Origin: Zygnema circumcarinatum SAG 698-1b
Lineage: Eukaryota > Plantae > Zygnematophyceae
Reading direction: 5' to 3'
Length of the DNA: 64,000 nucleotides
NCBI GenBank assembly: GCA_037447605.1
Contig: CM074805.1
Coordinates: 2,079,361 to 2,143,360, forward strand
Shown here piece by piece: positions 1 through 13,176 of the stretch; position 1 is the first letter of the stretch; each line of letters starts with the position of its first letter. The notes under the pieces were generated by a model. It had not been told where the DNA came from. It made no database searches and saw only the letters and a list, made by a program, of their open reading frames with translations. The translations under genes were made by a program, and so were the position numbers.

Positions 1-3000
1 GAGGTTATACCTCTTTTCCCTCTCTTCCAACAACTCCAAGTCGTTACTGAAAATAACAATCTCTGGCTCCTGATCATCATTTTCATCGAGGGAAGGCTTG
101 TATGCTCCTGCGGTGACTCCAACTCCTATAGATGGCCCCCGAAATTCATCTTCAAGCAGGTCTGTTCGAGCCTGCATTCCGGAATGAACCTCCTGGTTGA
201 TCATATCCATGACGATATTCCTCTCTCCTAAACTGCTCCCAGAATATGCCTTCAGAGTCGCTTCAGGTCCCCGGAGCTCGTCCTCATGTAAAGACGAAGT
301 TTTAACAGTCATGCCTTGCTCGCTCTCGAAAGCAGAAGCGTCTGCGGCATAACTTGAGGATTTTAACATGCGAGGGAAAAGGTAGTCACCCTGCAAGTTA
401 GATTCGCCCGTCACTCCGCTTTCAGACTCGGATGACGAATGTTCCGCACCATGATTGGGACCCCTAAAATCATCTTCCTGCATGGCTAGGCGAATCCGCT
501 GCCTTTTTGGGCTGGTGTCGATCAGCAACAGCGATGGCTCTACCACGGGAAAGACAGAAATAGGTTTCAAAGGGGGGCTAGCATGCTCAGAATTTGTTAG
601 CGGCCCCCTATACTCATCCTCCCAGAGATACGTTCGATGATTCTGAGAATTAGCTACTCGTCTGTGCTTCGGTTCAGTATAAAACAAGTCAGGCTCCTCA
701 AAAATAGCGTGATCGTTGCATTCGCCTTCCTTTTCTGAAGCATCTTTTTCCTCGTCGGTAGGCCATGCTTTCTTCACAAACTCACCTAACTTATCCTTAT
801 AGTGTTCACTGTTTGCATCGTCAAGATCGCTAACTCCTGAAGCACGCCGTCCAGTGGAGACATCTGCAATGGCATTAACTGTGTCATCGCTCTCATCTGG
901 AATTGCACCCGTAGAAAACTTGCTTTTATCCCAGTCGCGACCCTCTGTCTGGAAAGGACTCTTGGCTCTGCTAATGGTCCTTCTGACAAGTCCGATCGGA
1001 CTCAAGTCCCAAGTCCCGTGTCCTTCCCCACTTCCAGCTTCCTCAGAGTCGTAGTCAGGCTTTGCATGTTGAAGGACAGAAATATCAGTAGCGGTTGCCC
1101 TCTTATTCTTGAAATGAACCGGCTCTCGAGAAGCTTGGTCTTGCATAACCAGTATCTTCTTGATCACAACCACACGCCGTACAGCACCCGCTTTCCGGGT
1201 AGCTGCTCTCCATTTCTGTAGGGGCTTCTTGGAGCTCTTCGGTGGAGAGGGAGTGGTATACTTCTTCTCCGCAAGAACTTTTTTTTCCACAGGTGAAGGG
1301 ACATGACTGACAGGCACTACTGGTTCATATACAGGCGCCTCGTGCTTAGGTTCTGGTAAGAACTCCTCAGGGTCAGTTTGTACTGCCATTGTGAGAGCAG
1401 GTAGCGAGGAACCTGCATAAAGCCAAACGCAACATAAAAAAACTATCAAACTCAGCAAACATGTATCAGCAGCCTACCAATCTTAGAAAGCAAAAAAATG
1501 CTTCTTTTGAACAGTCAACAACTCTCATAATCTGTATAGCTCTCAGCAGGAAAGAACAGTCAGACAGCAACATGAAGATCGCTTGCTTTGATTAGTCACG
1601 CAAAAGTCATCCATCAATGCACTGCAGTTCAATCACTTAAGATTGGTTGATGCCTTAATACGAATACAAGGCCAAACAAAATCCGTTCAATTCATGGAAA
1701 ACTTCCGCGCATGAAAAACAAGGATTGGCATCTTCTTTCTTGTTAGAGCAAGTTACCCGAGTCACTTCTTGAGTCGCTGAAATATGTGTCCTCGTCACCG
1801 GCGACACTATGTGAACCGACCTGTCCAACGACGCTATCTGCACTATTAGGCAAACGAGCCGGTTCCACGGCTCCATCTTCCTTCCGTCTCAGAAGCGCTG
1901 AAAATTTAGCGGATGCTTCTCTGTAACCCATCCCCAGTTCCCCATTCAATGAATAACTGAATCGAAGTCTCTCCCTCGTTTCACTATGACCAAGTAGCAA
2001 CCATGTGACAGTGTGATAAAGACTATGTTCCACCTTTCAGAAATTGCACCATCTGATAGACCTTAGAAATCTAAACCAAAATTTTGTTTGGCCGAAAGAT
2101 TTAGGACTTCATCAAAAGACGAGGAATATAAACAAGTACTAGATCATTACCACATCACTGTGTCGGATCTTACTGTCTACAAACGATTGTACATCCTTGT
2201 GCCCTCTCCAAAACGTGACAACTCTGCTATTCTACATATCCAAGGTCAGTGCAGAAACCCGCATGGCGGTTCCATTCAGATCTGCTGAACTCAGCCGCCC
2301 AGATTCGACTGACGCTTGCTACGTACTTACGCTTGACTTAGTACAAGACCTGGAGTGGCGGGTTGCTCAATAGAAAGTGCTCCGCACCTTAAGCGATTTG
2401 CTCCAAAACATTCAGCGAAAGCTGCGAGAGGCGGCATCGTCTCCTGAACAAATCCGGCCGCAGTTGCACGTGCGAAAGCCAATCCTTGCTCTCGCCGAAG
2501 TAGAGATCGCCGAACTTCTAGTGCTTTCCTCCGATGCCTGAAGACACAGGAATTTGTTAGCAGTTTTTTTGTCTTGATGGGACTTATGAAGCAGGAAAGA
2601 AGGAAAAGGGCACTTAAGGAATGATTGTAGTCGCCAGCAACGGGTAATAACTAGCAGATAGACAGACACACAGACAGACCGAAAGACAAGGCAAGACAAC
2701 AGACAGTTAACCCCATATTTTACTTCTGCATTTTCTAAAATGCTAATGAATAAGCAGAGCAAGTTAAACTCTGTTAAACAAGAGGGCTTCTCTAGAAGAT
2801 TTTGGCCACCGAAAAATTAAAAAGAAAAGCCTTTTTGGATATCATTTTCGAGCAACATGTTCTCCTGATATTCTGTAACACCAGCTCCAGCAATTTTTTA
2901 TAGGGCGCAAGAAGAGTGTGTCGGAAAAAAGGGCGATCTGTCTGTACCGGGCCAGCTCGCCGGTTTCCTCCAACTCGACGTCAACCGGACTACTGCCACC

Positions 3001-5230
3001 GCGGGATCCCTGGACAAGGAGAAACCAACGTTTGCAAAGTAAGGGACAGGACAGAATTCCCTAATGTGTAACTTTCTAACACGGTAGGCTTCAAAAAATA
3101 AGTGCTGAATGAAACTCTCGTCACCTGTATCTCAACTCTAAACAGTTTTCAGTTACCATCTCAGATTCTTGTGAAGACATGACTTGGCACTATCGACGAA
3201 AAGGCTGCTACGGTTACAAAACAGAACCACCTTAACGTGAAGGTAAAAACAGGAACATATGGTTAATTAAGACAGGGACCAACAGGATTAATGAGAAAAA
3301 GTCAATCCCTTTGCATGAACTACTCACCCTTCGTGAATGGCGCACTGGAGATATAGCTCTTCTCGTAGGCGATGAAGGGCCGTGTCCTGAGGATGATATT
3401 GATCCTCCCTCATAACTGTCTGCAGTTGTAGACACTATTTACAATCAATTGAAGCTCTTACTTATAGGAGGTCTCGCAATTAGTGCATACACATGACATG
3501 CCTACGATGTTATCCCGGCGCCATTACTGTCCATGGAAATGCAATGTCCAGTCTTCACTAAAGCAAGGTGTTCAGAGAGAGTTTTTGAAAAGGCCGCTTT
3601 AAAACAGGACGATGTGGAAAACAAAGTTGTACGGCTTTCCAGCAACAGGTCAGAGGCTCTGCCAATAAATGATGATTGGAAACGAGAAGATGAGGAACGA
3701 TCACGGCGCTCTTCGAATAGAGCCAAAACATAAAAAAACTTGATCCAAACCACAAAGCTGGACAAAGCCTGTTTGGCATAGGGTCCAATACTAGGCATGG
3801 GGGGAAATAGTCAAGCTTGCGTGACATCATGAGCTGTTTGCAAACAGTCCAAAGGGCAAGCAGCGCAACGCGAGGCTTCAACGCAAGTACAGCTTAAATT
3901 CATTCAGTTCATCAACCAAAGGTGCCTCTAGGAGTGTAATCTGCTAGAGATTACAACCACTTCTAACTTTTTATTCATTGTTAGGTCGTATTGTGAATCG
4001 ATACTACTTCACCCAACCCTACCTGTTCTTAGAAATCGAGTGAAAAGATCACTTAAAGTACCATAAAAAAAACAATAGCGATCATTATGAGTGCGTAAGC
4101 CAAAAGCAAGAGAGCCACTTACCAGAGATGCTAGCATCCATTCTGTGATAAACCTGCGCAAATGAGGAATGGCAGCAACCTTGTCAGTCAACGTTTAGCT
4201 AAGCTTAAAACAAGAAGACCAGACACGGCTCTTATATTGCTACCGCAGGAGCAAGCTACAGTAGGGCGCATGTGGAAGCTTTACACGAACTTAAAACAAA
4301 GCCTCATACAAAGCCAAATCCAGGGAGCCGGACACTTCTCACCTTATCGGAGGCAAAGTAAGCCTCCTCCAAGTTGAGGCGCAGAGCTTCATCCAACTGC
4401 GCCAGTTCCACATCGATAGAGATGATCCGCTCCAGAATATGCGGTGTGCTCACAAACCTTATCACTCTGATCAAGAGAAATGAAGGAATCAATCTTTAGC
4501 TGGATTGGCAAACCAAGCGCAGTCACTCACTTGACTCTAAGGATAACACAAAAAACTAACAAAGTCAGCGGAAACACAGAGAATAAATATCATGCCAGGA
4601 AATGTGCCGACGATAGAGATGACAGCCCTCTATTGACCTTGGCTTTCTCCTGAGCTGCAGACCTTTGCGCCTACCCACTTACCTGTCCACGGTGCCTCTG
4701 CTGAACCACGAGAAGAGGTGGCCGTCTCCATAGCGACGGGCTCCCATCCCCGAGGAGCGATTGCCATACACTTTCCTTGGTTCCAGTTTGATCGTGTGCG
4801 CTCCATTGGCAATCTGCTCTTCTGCAGCGCGAATGTGTGAGAGAAATGGCTTGAGGAGCCCGGTGGCGAGCTTCTCGCAGATGCCATTCGCAAGAACGTA
4901 CACCTCGCACCTGTAAAGCCCTCCACCGAAAGTCAGTCAAAGCTTGCAGGCTCTCAACGATCCTTTCCCGCCCTCGACCGGACCACAACGACCATCGGCA
5001 ACTTTAAAGACATGACCCAGCGAATTGTGATTTCCGGACGCCCGCCTATCTGCCCCGCCAGCAGCCGTCGCGAGTAGATCACACCCCCCCAGTCCCTTTT
5101 GCAAAGCTCAGAGCAGACAGCGAGCAGCAGAGCACGGCGGTGCGGATCGGCACCTTGTCCTGGTGGTAGTGAGCTTGAACACCACGCAGTCCAGCACGGT
5201 GTCGGAAGCAATCACCGCCAACGCCCCCAT
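1..5230 (-). CDS. CIP7-like: COP1-interacting protein 7 (CIP7)-like protein, multi-exon, 3' end beyond window start
   Basis: Spliced exons 5230-5154, 4910-4683 and 4466-4343 give MGALAVIASDTVLDCVVFKLTTTRTRCEVYVLANGICEKLATGLLKPFLSHIRAAEEQIANG...WFSRGTVDRVIRFVSTPHILERIISIDVELAQL, matching the CIP7-family N-terminus (LDYALFQLTPTRTRC...KLASG...PF..HL...RFV.TPE.LER). Exon 2537-2388 gives LLRREQGLAFARATAAGF...AFAECFGANRL, followed by exon 1920-1757 (REASAKF). A stop-free low-complexity exon runs from 1412 to <1. Middle exons (about 2950-4150) were only approximately resolved. Confidence 0.85.
1963..2164. repeat. Dispersed repeat family D, copy 1 (in CIP7-like intron)
   Basis: Colinear blocks shared with 12628-12830: cgaagYctctccctcgtttcactRtg (24/26 identical), agcaaccat, tccacct, tttggccgaaag, aggac, caaaaga..aggaatat, atcactgtgtc. 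Confidence 0.7.
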
Positions 5231-6316
5231 CGCTGCCCCTGCGGCCTGCAGCCTCCGCTGCGCTGCGCCTGCGCTGCGGTGCTGCGCGGCAGGTCCGTCG
5301 ATCAGAGACAGGGCTGCGCGCGCATGCCCATGGCCATCGCCCAGAGCGGAGCGCGTCGCTCTCTGCCCAGCCAGCCGGGCGGGCGCGCGGGCGGGCGGCG
5401 GCGGCGCGCGCAGGTGTCAGGGCCGGGCCTGGCTGCCTGGCCGCCTGCCTGCCTGCCACCGCCAGCTGGCGCGGCGTCATTCGCCGCGCGCCCACTGCCG
5501 AGCGATCCGCGCCAGGCGGCTCTTTTGCGCGACTCGCACGTGCGAAGTCCGACTGTGGGAGCTCCCGTTCCGCGGGACGGCGCGGCGTTCCGCGGAACGG
5601 TCCGGGCGGCCTGGACCTGGTCGGGCCTGGGCCTGGCACTTGGCGCGGTCGGTCGGCCACGTTGGGGCGCGCCGCGGCGCGGCGCAGAGCGCGGGAGGGC
5701 GGGCGGCCGGGCGGCCGGGCGGGCCTTCAAGGCGGAGGGACCCGCCCGCCCCCGCCCACTCCCTCCCTCCCTCCCTCCCTCCCTCGGGCGGCCGGGCGGG
5801 CAGCGGGCACGACCGCCGTCCATCGCGCGCGGGAAAAACGCGAAACGCGGCGGGCCCATACGGAGGATCTGTGGGTGATTCGAATTTATTCGCACCGTAC
5901 GATGACATTTATGGAAAGCCGCATGAACTAGAGCAGATAGGGAATCGAGAGATCTCGTCAGCGGATCTGTCGGCCGGGCGGCAGGCCTGAGATGCGGCCG
6001 GGCGGGCTGAGGCGACACGTGGCCACGCGCGACGCAGCGAATGTGGGCCGCGTCCTAGAGAGATTCGGTAGCGATCTTCACGAGATCCCGCGGAGCGTTC
6101 TCCGGCGCTGCCCGCGGCGAAACGCGGCGGCCATCTCTTAGAAACATGCATTCGGAAAATGAGGAAAATTTTACAGGACGGGTCTGGCATTTGCTGGCGC
6201 ACTGTGGCGGCCCGCTGGCCGGGCTTGCGGGCGGGATTGTTTCGAAATTTGAATGGGGCTACGGCCGTACGGTACCAAAGCCAGATCGTAGGTCGAAGTC
6301 AGGGCGCCAACGCCGC

Positions 6317-7872
6317 GGGGGAGGGGAGTGGGAGGGGGGAGAGGAGAGGGAGAGGGAGAGGGAGAGGAGAGGGAGAGGGAGAGGGAGAGGGAGAGGGAGA
6401 GGGAGAGGGAGAGGGAGAGGGAGAGGGAGAGGGAGAGGGAGAGGGGAGAGGGAGAGGAGAGGAGAGGGAGAGGAGAGGAGGGAGAGGAGAGGGAGAGGGA
6501 GGAGGGAGAGGGAGAGGAGAGAGAGGGAGAGGGAGAGGGAGAGGGAGAGGGAGAGGGAGAGGGGAGAGGGAGAGGGAGAGGGAGAGGGAGAGGAGAGGAG
6601 AGGGAGAGGGAGAGGGAGAGGAGAGGAGAGGGAGAGGGAGAGGGAGAGGGAGGAGGGAGAGGGAGAGGGAGAGGGAGAGGGAGAGGGAGAGGGAGAGAGG
6701 AGAGGGAGAGGGAGGAGGAGGAGGGAGAGGGAGAGGGAGGAGGGAGAGGGAGAGGGAGAGGGAGAGGGAGAGAGGGAGAGGGAGAGGGAGAGGGAGAGGA
6801 GAGGGAGAGGGAGAGGGAGAGGAGAGGGAGAGGGAGAGGGAGAGGGAGAGGGAGAGGGAGAGGGAGAGGGAGAGGGAGAGGGAGAGGGAGAGGAGAGGGA
6901 GAGGGAGAGGGAGAGGGAGAGGGAGAGGGAGAGGGAGAGGGAGAGGGAGAGGGAGAGGGAGAGGGAGAGGGAGAGGGAGAGGGAGAGGGAGAGAGGGAGA
7001 GGAGAGGGAGAGGGAGAGGGAGAGGGAGAGAGGGAGAGGGAGAGGGCAGAGGGAGAGGGAGAGGGAGAGGGAGAGGAGGTGGAGAGGAGAGGGAGAGGGA
7101 GAGGGAGAGGGAGAGGGAGGAGGGAGGAGGAGGGAGAGGGAGAGGGAGAGGGAGAGGGAGAGGGAGAGGGAGAGGGAGAGGGAGAGGAGAGGAGAGGGAG
7201 AGGGAGAGGGAGGAGGAGAGGAGAGGGAGAGGGAGGAGAGGGAGAGGGAGAGGGAGAGGAGAGGGAGAGGAGAGGGAGAGGGAGAGGGAGAGGGAGAGGG
7301 AGAGGGAGAGGGAGAGGGAGAGGGAGAGGGAGAGGGAGAGGGAGAGGGAGAGGGAGAGGAGAGGGAGAGGGAGAGGGAGAGGGAGAGGGAGAGGGAGAGG
7401 GAGAGGGAGAGGAGAGGTAGGAGGAGAGGGAGAGTGGAGAGGGAGAGGGAGAGGGAGAGGAGGAGGGAGGAGGGAGAGGGAGAGGAGAGGGAGAGGGAGA
7501 GGGAGAGGGAGAGGGAGAGGGAGAGGAGAGGGAGAGAGGGAGAGGGAGAGGGAGAGGGAGAGGGAGAGGGGAGAGGGAGAGGGAGAGAGGGAGAGGAGAG
7601 GGAGAGGGAGAGGGAGAGGGAGAGGGAGAGGAGAGTGGAGAGGGAGAGGAGAGGGAGAGGAGAGGGAGAGGGAGAGGAGAGGGAGAGGAGAGGAGAGGAG
7701 AGGGAGAGGAGAGGGAGAGGGAGAGGGAGAGGGAGAGGGAGAGGGAGAGGGAGAGGAGAGGGAGAGGAGAGGGAGAGGGAGAGGAGAGGGAGAGGGAGAG
7801 GGAGAGGGAGAGGGAGGGGAGAGGGAGAGGGAGAGGGAGAGGAGGAGAGGAGAGGGAGAGGGAGAGGAGAGG
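6317..7872. repeat. About 1.55-kb polypurine (GGAGAG/GA-rich) simple repeat
   Basis: Almost purely G and A on the + strand, dominant unit GGAGAG with variants. It explains the five 400-600 aa low-complexity ORFs in the track. Confidence 0.97.
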
Positions 7873-7884
7873 CGAGTGGCTGAG

Positions 7885-7967
7885 TGCGAGAGGGAATGCG
7901 AGAGGGAATGCGAGAGGGAATGCGAGAGGGAATGCGAGAGGGAATGCGAGAGGGAATGCGAGAGGGA
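7885..7967. repeat. 12-bp minisatellite (TGCGAGAGGGAA) x6 plus a partial copy
   Basis: Directly read tandem copies adjoining the GA tract. Confidence 0.95.
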
Positions 7968-8761
7968 GAGATAGAGGGAGAGAGTGAGAGCCGGAAAGGT
8001 GGGTGGTTAGAGATGCCGGAGAGATGCAAACAGTGATCGGGAAGTAGAAGAGGGCTGATGTGCGCAACTCCTGAGTATAAGCCTTGCTATTGCCTACAAG
8101 CAAGGCTACTCGGCGCGGGAAAATATTGGCTAAGGCACGGTGATGAAATCGTCTTTATTATAATATGAACCGAGGGCCCTTGAAGGTCAGAATAGTTACG
8201 AAGATTGTCATTAGTGAGTATGTCTAGCTTTAGATCAAACATGACATGTATGCCGTCGCACAGGCAGAACTTTTATAGAGGAACTTTTACTAAGAGGTAG
8301 TGAAATGACTGCAAATAATCGTTACCAGGAATTTATTGGAAAGGCGTCAGGAAAGTAAGTGTTAATGATTTCCAATTAGTTTTATTCCGAAAAAGATCTG
8401 TTTGCTTAGATCACAGTGACAATCAGATTTGACCATTAAGAATAAGCGAGGACGGTCTTGCCTTCACAGTGCTTTTTGTCTCGTCAACGTATTTGAAGCT
8501 ATTGATTGTGCTTTTGAGCAATCTGCCTTCGTTGTGTTTGCGAAAGACTGTCCTCGAAAGAGAAATCGCTGCCGCTCTGCAAAATGTGGTAAAGTCAGTA
8601 TCGGACATATACGACTCTTGATAGTCAGAAGGAATGCGAAAGAAAACGAACAAATGACAAACTGACAAAATGTGACAAAATGTTGATGCGAGGAGAGGAC
8701 CGTGAGTGGTATATGCGAGACGGTCGTTTATCTACATGCCAAGCCCTCGGCCATGCCCTCA

Positions 8762-8945
8762 GCGACCTTCGCGGCTGCTTCTAGGGAGGGCTGCGTTGTT
8801 GAGCTTAGGCCTAGCTTTCCTCTATAGCTTTTTCTTTTATCCTTAGGTCCTTTGAGATCAGTTCCTCGTGGTTCCCCATGCTGATGTTGTCCATGTACAT
8901 TTGATGACATCATCGCCATCGTGAGATCAATGCCCCATCCCCCTC
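8762..8945. repeat. Dispersed repeat family K, copy A
   Basis: gcgaccttcgcgRctgcttctaggg (24/25 identical to 35916-35940), ggtcctttg, ccatgtac and gagatcaat blocks, shared with 35916-36085 and with the reverse complement of 13731-13980. Confidence 0.75.
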
Positions 8946-9368
8946 TGTCAGCTACACGAAAAGGTAGACCCTCAAACCTGACAACATTATACTGGTCGAC
9001 CAAGCGTCAAATTGTATTTCGGTGCATGTTCTTCCATTCCGATATTGTACTGATGATCCAACTTGGATATCAGAGTTTCACAGCGTTGGAGCTGATCGCG
9101 AGGCATGCATAGCTGATGCCATGCCATGACTAGGCGTTGATGCGATAACCTTCATGCTGCACCAGGCTAACGCGCCTCATGGCTGGGATGTGACGCAGAT
9201 TAATGAAAGCTAATTCCAACACAAGCAAATAGTGTGGGCCGGTGGAAATTCGGTGGATTCCAAGTTCTTTGCTTTCATTTTTCTTGGCCCACTTGTGACA
9301 TTAATCAAAGTAAGTTAATCTGACAAGGTGCTTTTTCATAAAACGTGCGTTTTTTTTCTGAGTTTCCA

Positions 9369-12077
9369 TCACTTTGTAATGGAGTCAATCAGTTCTTCAA
9401 GAGGAGCCAGCTCCTTCTGATCGATCAGGTTAAATTCCTGCCACCGAAGACCAATCACAAAGCAGCGTGAGACAGGTTAATGGCATTGACAGCAATGGCT
9501 TAAGAATGAGTGCGAGAGTCTCCACATAGAAAAAGCAGTGAGGACACAAGAAAATTACGAGCTTTTCGTCACGATAAGAAGAAACTTCGAGGTGAGCAAA
9601 GCAGCAGCAGATGAAGAACTGTGCCCCACACACATAGCAGGAAGAGCCTTCTGTAGTCTGAAACTCTTAACCCTGAAAACTTTGAATATGGCCTTCCAAC
9701 CAAAGTAGCCATGCCAGCGAGCGTTGATTGTTCTGTTGCTGTTGTACCCTGCAAATGAGTACAAGAACGTCCAAGGAACTCACATGCGTAAACAGGATGA
9801 AATGTTTGAAGCAGGTGTTGAGATGAGCCTCCTCCTTGAGTGTAACAATCTTCTGGAAATGAGAATGGTATATATGGGCATACACTCGGAACAACCGCTT
9901 GAAGATTGGGCCGACTACTTTCTCAAAGTTTGGTGGAAATGGAGATCCTGATTGCCCCACCCATCGCAAAGGCATATCAGGAAAGGTGTCGCTTTTGAAA
10001 GTCAGCAGCAACAATGCAACAGTCCCTCATGCTACAAGAGCAGCACGTTTGACTTAATCGCTCCATACGCCCGACTTCTCCACCGCCACAAAATAAAACA
10101 TTAGAAATCGAGAAGCTAACCAGGCAGCTTAGACATCCCAGCCTTTTTATGCATCCCTCCTAACTGTCCAATTGTCTCAAGTACGGCGGGAGACAGAGCA
10201 CTTAACAATGACTTCTCTTTAGATGCATAAATTACATGAAGCTCTATGAAGCATGAAGCTCAGTTCTCGTAATCCATCCTGGCTTGCCACCCACCTAGCC
10301 TTTGGGGGAAAGTTGCCTCATTATCAAGCTGGCGCTCAATCCAATCCATAAGATATTCCACATACTTTGGCGCTGAGACTTCCAGCGGCTTCTTGATGTG
10401 CACCCCGTCCGCCCAACGATATTCATACCTATGAATCATAGAAATCCAGAGAAAGTGAAGAAGAAACTGGATAAGGGGCTGTTCACCAATCTCTTGCATC
10501 AGAAAGTGGTAGGCGTTCCATAAGATACACATGCTTCGAAGCGATTTATTGGAACAAGAGCTTACCAATACATGCTGAACCAATCCTAATTTGATGTTTG
10601 CAACAGGTGTGCATGACGATCAACCTAAAACTGCAACCATAATATGCTCTGCCATGTGAGCGAGACTGAGTTTCAATTTTAATTTCAATTTCGAGTCCCG
10701 AGTGCAATTTCTGTCAGCACATCAATCCTGACACTGAACACCCCCTGTTCCAGCAAACAATTTTCGGAAGAACAGAAACGCATGTGCAGACAGAGCAGGT
10801 TTCTGTGAGTATCACCCACTTGGGCCCTGCTGACATGGTTGGGCAGTTTTCGGGAGTACAGAACTCATCAAGTGTTCCATATAGCACATTGACTTGATTG
10901 TAGAAGTCTACGGCTACACAGCGAAAAGAGGAAAACAGCTCAGTTAATAAGGAGATCTGGACATCAATGGTCACTTCCTAATAACATCAAATGGTGAAAA
11001 TCTCGTCACTTTGTTTGCATGAAACTGCGATCAGAATATTCCAAACTTCAAGAACTAAAAATTTGGTCGTCAGTTTGTAGCTTCCGGGGCTACAAGCTAT
11101 CAGAAGGATATCTCATGCATTAGTCTTGTCGCAAGGCGAAAAAAGGCTTACTATTTACAGCTAACCACTCGTCCAGGTCTTCCCCAGGAGGCAAGAGTAC
11201 AGCCTCACGAAGGTTTCCACTCCCAAGGGTTGCGTCTATATGCTTGCGAAGCTGTACCCCCTGTTTTACAAAGAGATGCGAAAACAATCAGAATTTTTCC
11301 ATAGCAATAACAACTGAATGTGCATGATGTCCATGCTCCAATTGCTCTATCAAATGATCCAATATGTAATCAGTTTCCAACTATGACTAGGGATTTGCAA
11401 CCATTATGCAGGCGGGATGACATACGGAACCCTATGAAGAGCAAGATTCAAGAGAAAAGGTAACACAACAAAAAGACTGTTTACAACGAAACTTATTTAC
11501 AAACGATGAGAGCCTACCTTGCTGCCTTGTGGAGTGTTTCTCTTTGGTCGAAAAGTCCGTTGGTTTCTGCAATCTCGGGAAACACGATGACAAAGTTCGT
11601 GTGAGCGCCCATAATTGAGTGCGCAGATCGAACGGCCATAAAGCAAGAAACGGGGGCAGACGTGAGAGCTGACAGAATGCCGTCTTAAAGCACCTCGACT
11701 AATGCAGAACCTACAGCGAAAGAACCTAATCTTGCTTGTCGCAAACAGATATGAACAGCTCGCATTAAGGTTGGTACGCAATAAAACCACGCTCATTGAA
11801 GTCTTTCCAGAAGGACCTATGTTTCCTGACACGCCAAGCTGATGCCGGTAACAAATGAAACACAAAACAAACTTTTTGGGACTTTCCGCATTGAGAGGCA
11901 AGCCTAGGCGGTTGGACAGGAAGTAAGGTCGGTAGGCAAGTAAACTTAATTTCATATTCATTCGATACCTTTCCAGCCTCCGCACGAAGAGTGCAGGCTG
12001 AAAGCAAAGAAAAGCCGGCGTCGTCGGGTCGTTATCATGTATGCACGTGTCGCACAATACCTGCTGAAGAGGCTCAT
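9369..12077 (-). CDS. MOB1: MOB kinase activator MOB1 (211 aa, 7 exons)
   Basis: Exons 12077-12061, 11566-11518, 11260-11152, 10913-10820, 10428-10295, 9947-9784 and 9437-9369, all GT-AG, total 636 nt in frame. Translation: MSLFSRNQRTFRPK...[42 protein letters not shown]...YEYRWADG...IFKRLFRVYAHIYHSHF...EEAHLNTCFKHFILF...ELAPLEELIDSITK*. Confidence 0.97.
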
Positions 12078-12179
12078 GGCGACCGCCGGCCGTTCCCTTC
12101 CCGCTCGCGCCCCACAATCTCCGGGTCCTCTCCTCTGCTCCTCCCTATACGCACGCCATGGCAAACAACGCTCCAGGCT

Positions 12180-12201
12180 GCTGCCTTAACCCTAACCCTA
12201 G
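12180..12201 (-). promoter_or_regulatory. Telo-box-like motif (TAGGGTTAGGGTTAAGGCAGC) about 100 nt upstream of the MOB1 ATG
   Basis: Short interstitial telomere motif in the promoter/5'UTR position; function inferred from plant telo-boxes. Confidence 0.45.
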
Positions 12202-12627
12202 CGCTCTTCCCCGCGTCAGCCAGAAGCGCGGGAAGCCAAGAATGAAGCACTCATGCGGTGTGCGGACAGGCCGCGGCCGATCCCTCTCCGGCCCTGCTGG
12301 AGCTCCACTCCCCTCCCCTCCCTTCCCTTCCCTTCCCCTCCAATCGTCCTTCCTCTTGCACAGACAGTGGGACCGACCGCGGCAGTTAGGCAGCCCCGCA
12401 CCATCCAAGGTGCATTTGCTCCCGGCAGGCAGGCAGGCAGGGAGCCGCCCCCGCTTGTGTTGTGCGCCAGGGCGACCAGACGCATCAAGATATATGGCTG
12501 GCGTATCGGCTAGGACCGGTGAGAACTTGCCGGCGCGGGCTAGCTCGATCGCGTCCGGCAGGCAGACAGGCAGGCCGGCAGGCAGTTCCGCCCTATGGAC
12601 TGCGCCAAGTAGTTAGTTGAACTGCGT

Positions 12628-12830
12628 CGAAGCCTCTCCCTCGTTTCACTGTGGAAAACTAGCAACCATTCTGAGAGGGAGCTTGAGACCATGCTCCACC
12701 TATGGTTTATCAGATGGGCATGGCCCAAGGAATTGGACGATCTTATAAACTAGAAACCAAAGGAAACCAGAAAATCTTTTGGCCGAAAGTTTGAGGACCT
12801 AAACAAAAGAAAAGGAATATCACTGTGTCT
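12628..12830. repeat. Dispersed repeat family D, copy 2
   Basis: Colinear conserved blocks with 1963-2164. Confidence 0.7.
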
Positions 12831-12960
12831 GTACATCTATTCGAGTTTAGTTTGTCGGTGGCTTCTCGTTGATTGCAGTGCTTTTGCTGACGCCTCCGTC
12901 GTGGCGCTTACTTGTGCGGTTGAAGTGCTCATCCTGCTGTCACCGAGCACCGGTCAACCC

Positions 12961-13154
<194 letters not shown>

Positions 13155-13176
13155 GGATGTGGCATTGATCGAACTA

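Noticed and set aside
5079-6018. Overlapping 140-275 aa Arg/Ala/Pro/Gly-rich ORFs (similar ones at 14000-15100, 36000-36900, 54180-54800 and 63560-63900)
   Set aside because: Typical of very GC-rich promoter/5'UTR DNA; the real exons nearby are explained by spliced genes.
6146-8103. Five 400-600 aa ORFs (ER/GE/RG/SP/LS repeats)
   Set aside because: Stop-free by construction of the GA microsatellite; no domain content.
9049-9080. CTGATGA followed by a short stem (hammerhead-like); similar TGATGAAGTCC at about 2105 minus
   Set aside because: No GAAA core and no stems I/III in the required geometry.
11103-11112. ATATCCTT U12-type donor motif in MOB1 intron 3
   Set aside because: The GT donor at 11151 already gives the correct conserved frame; using this site would disrupt it.
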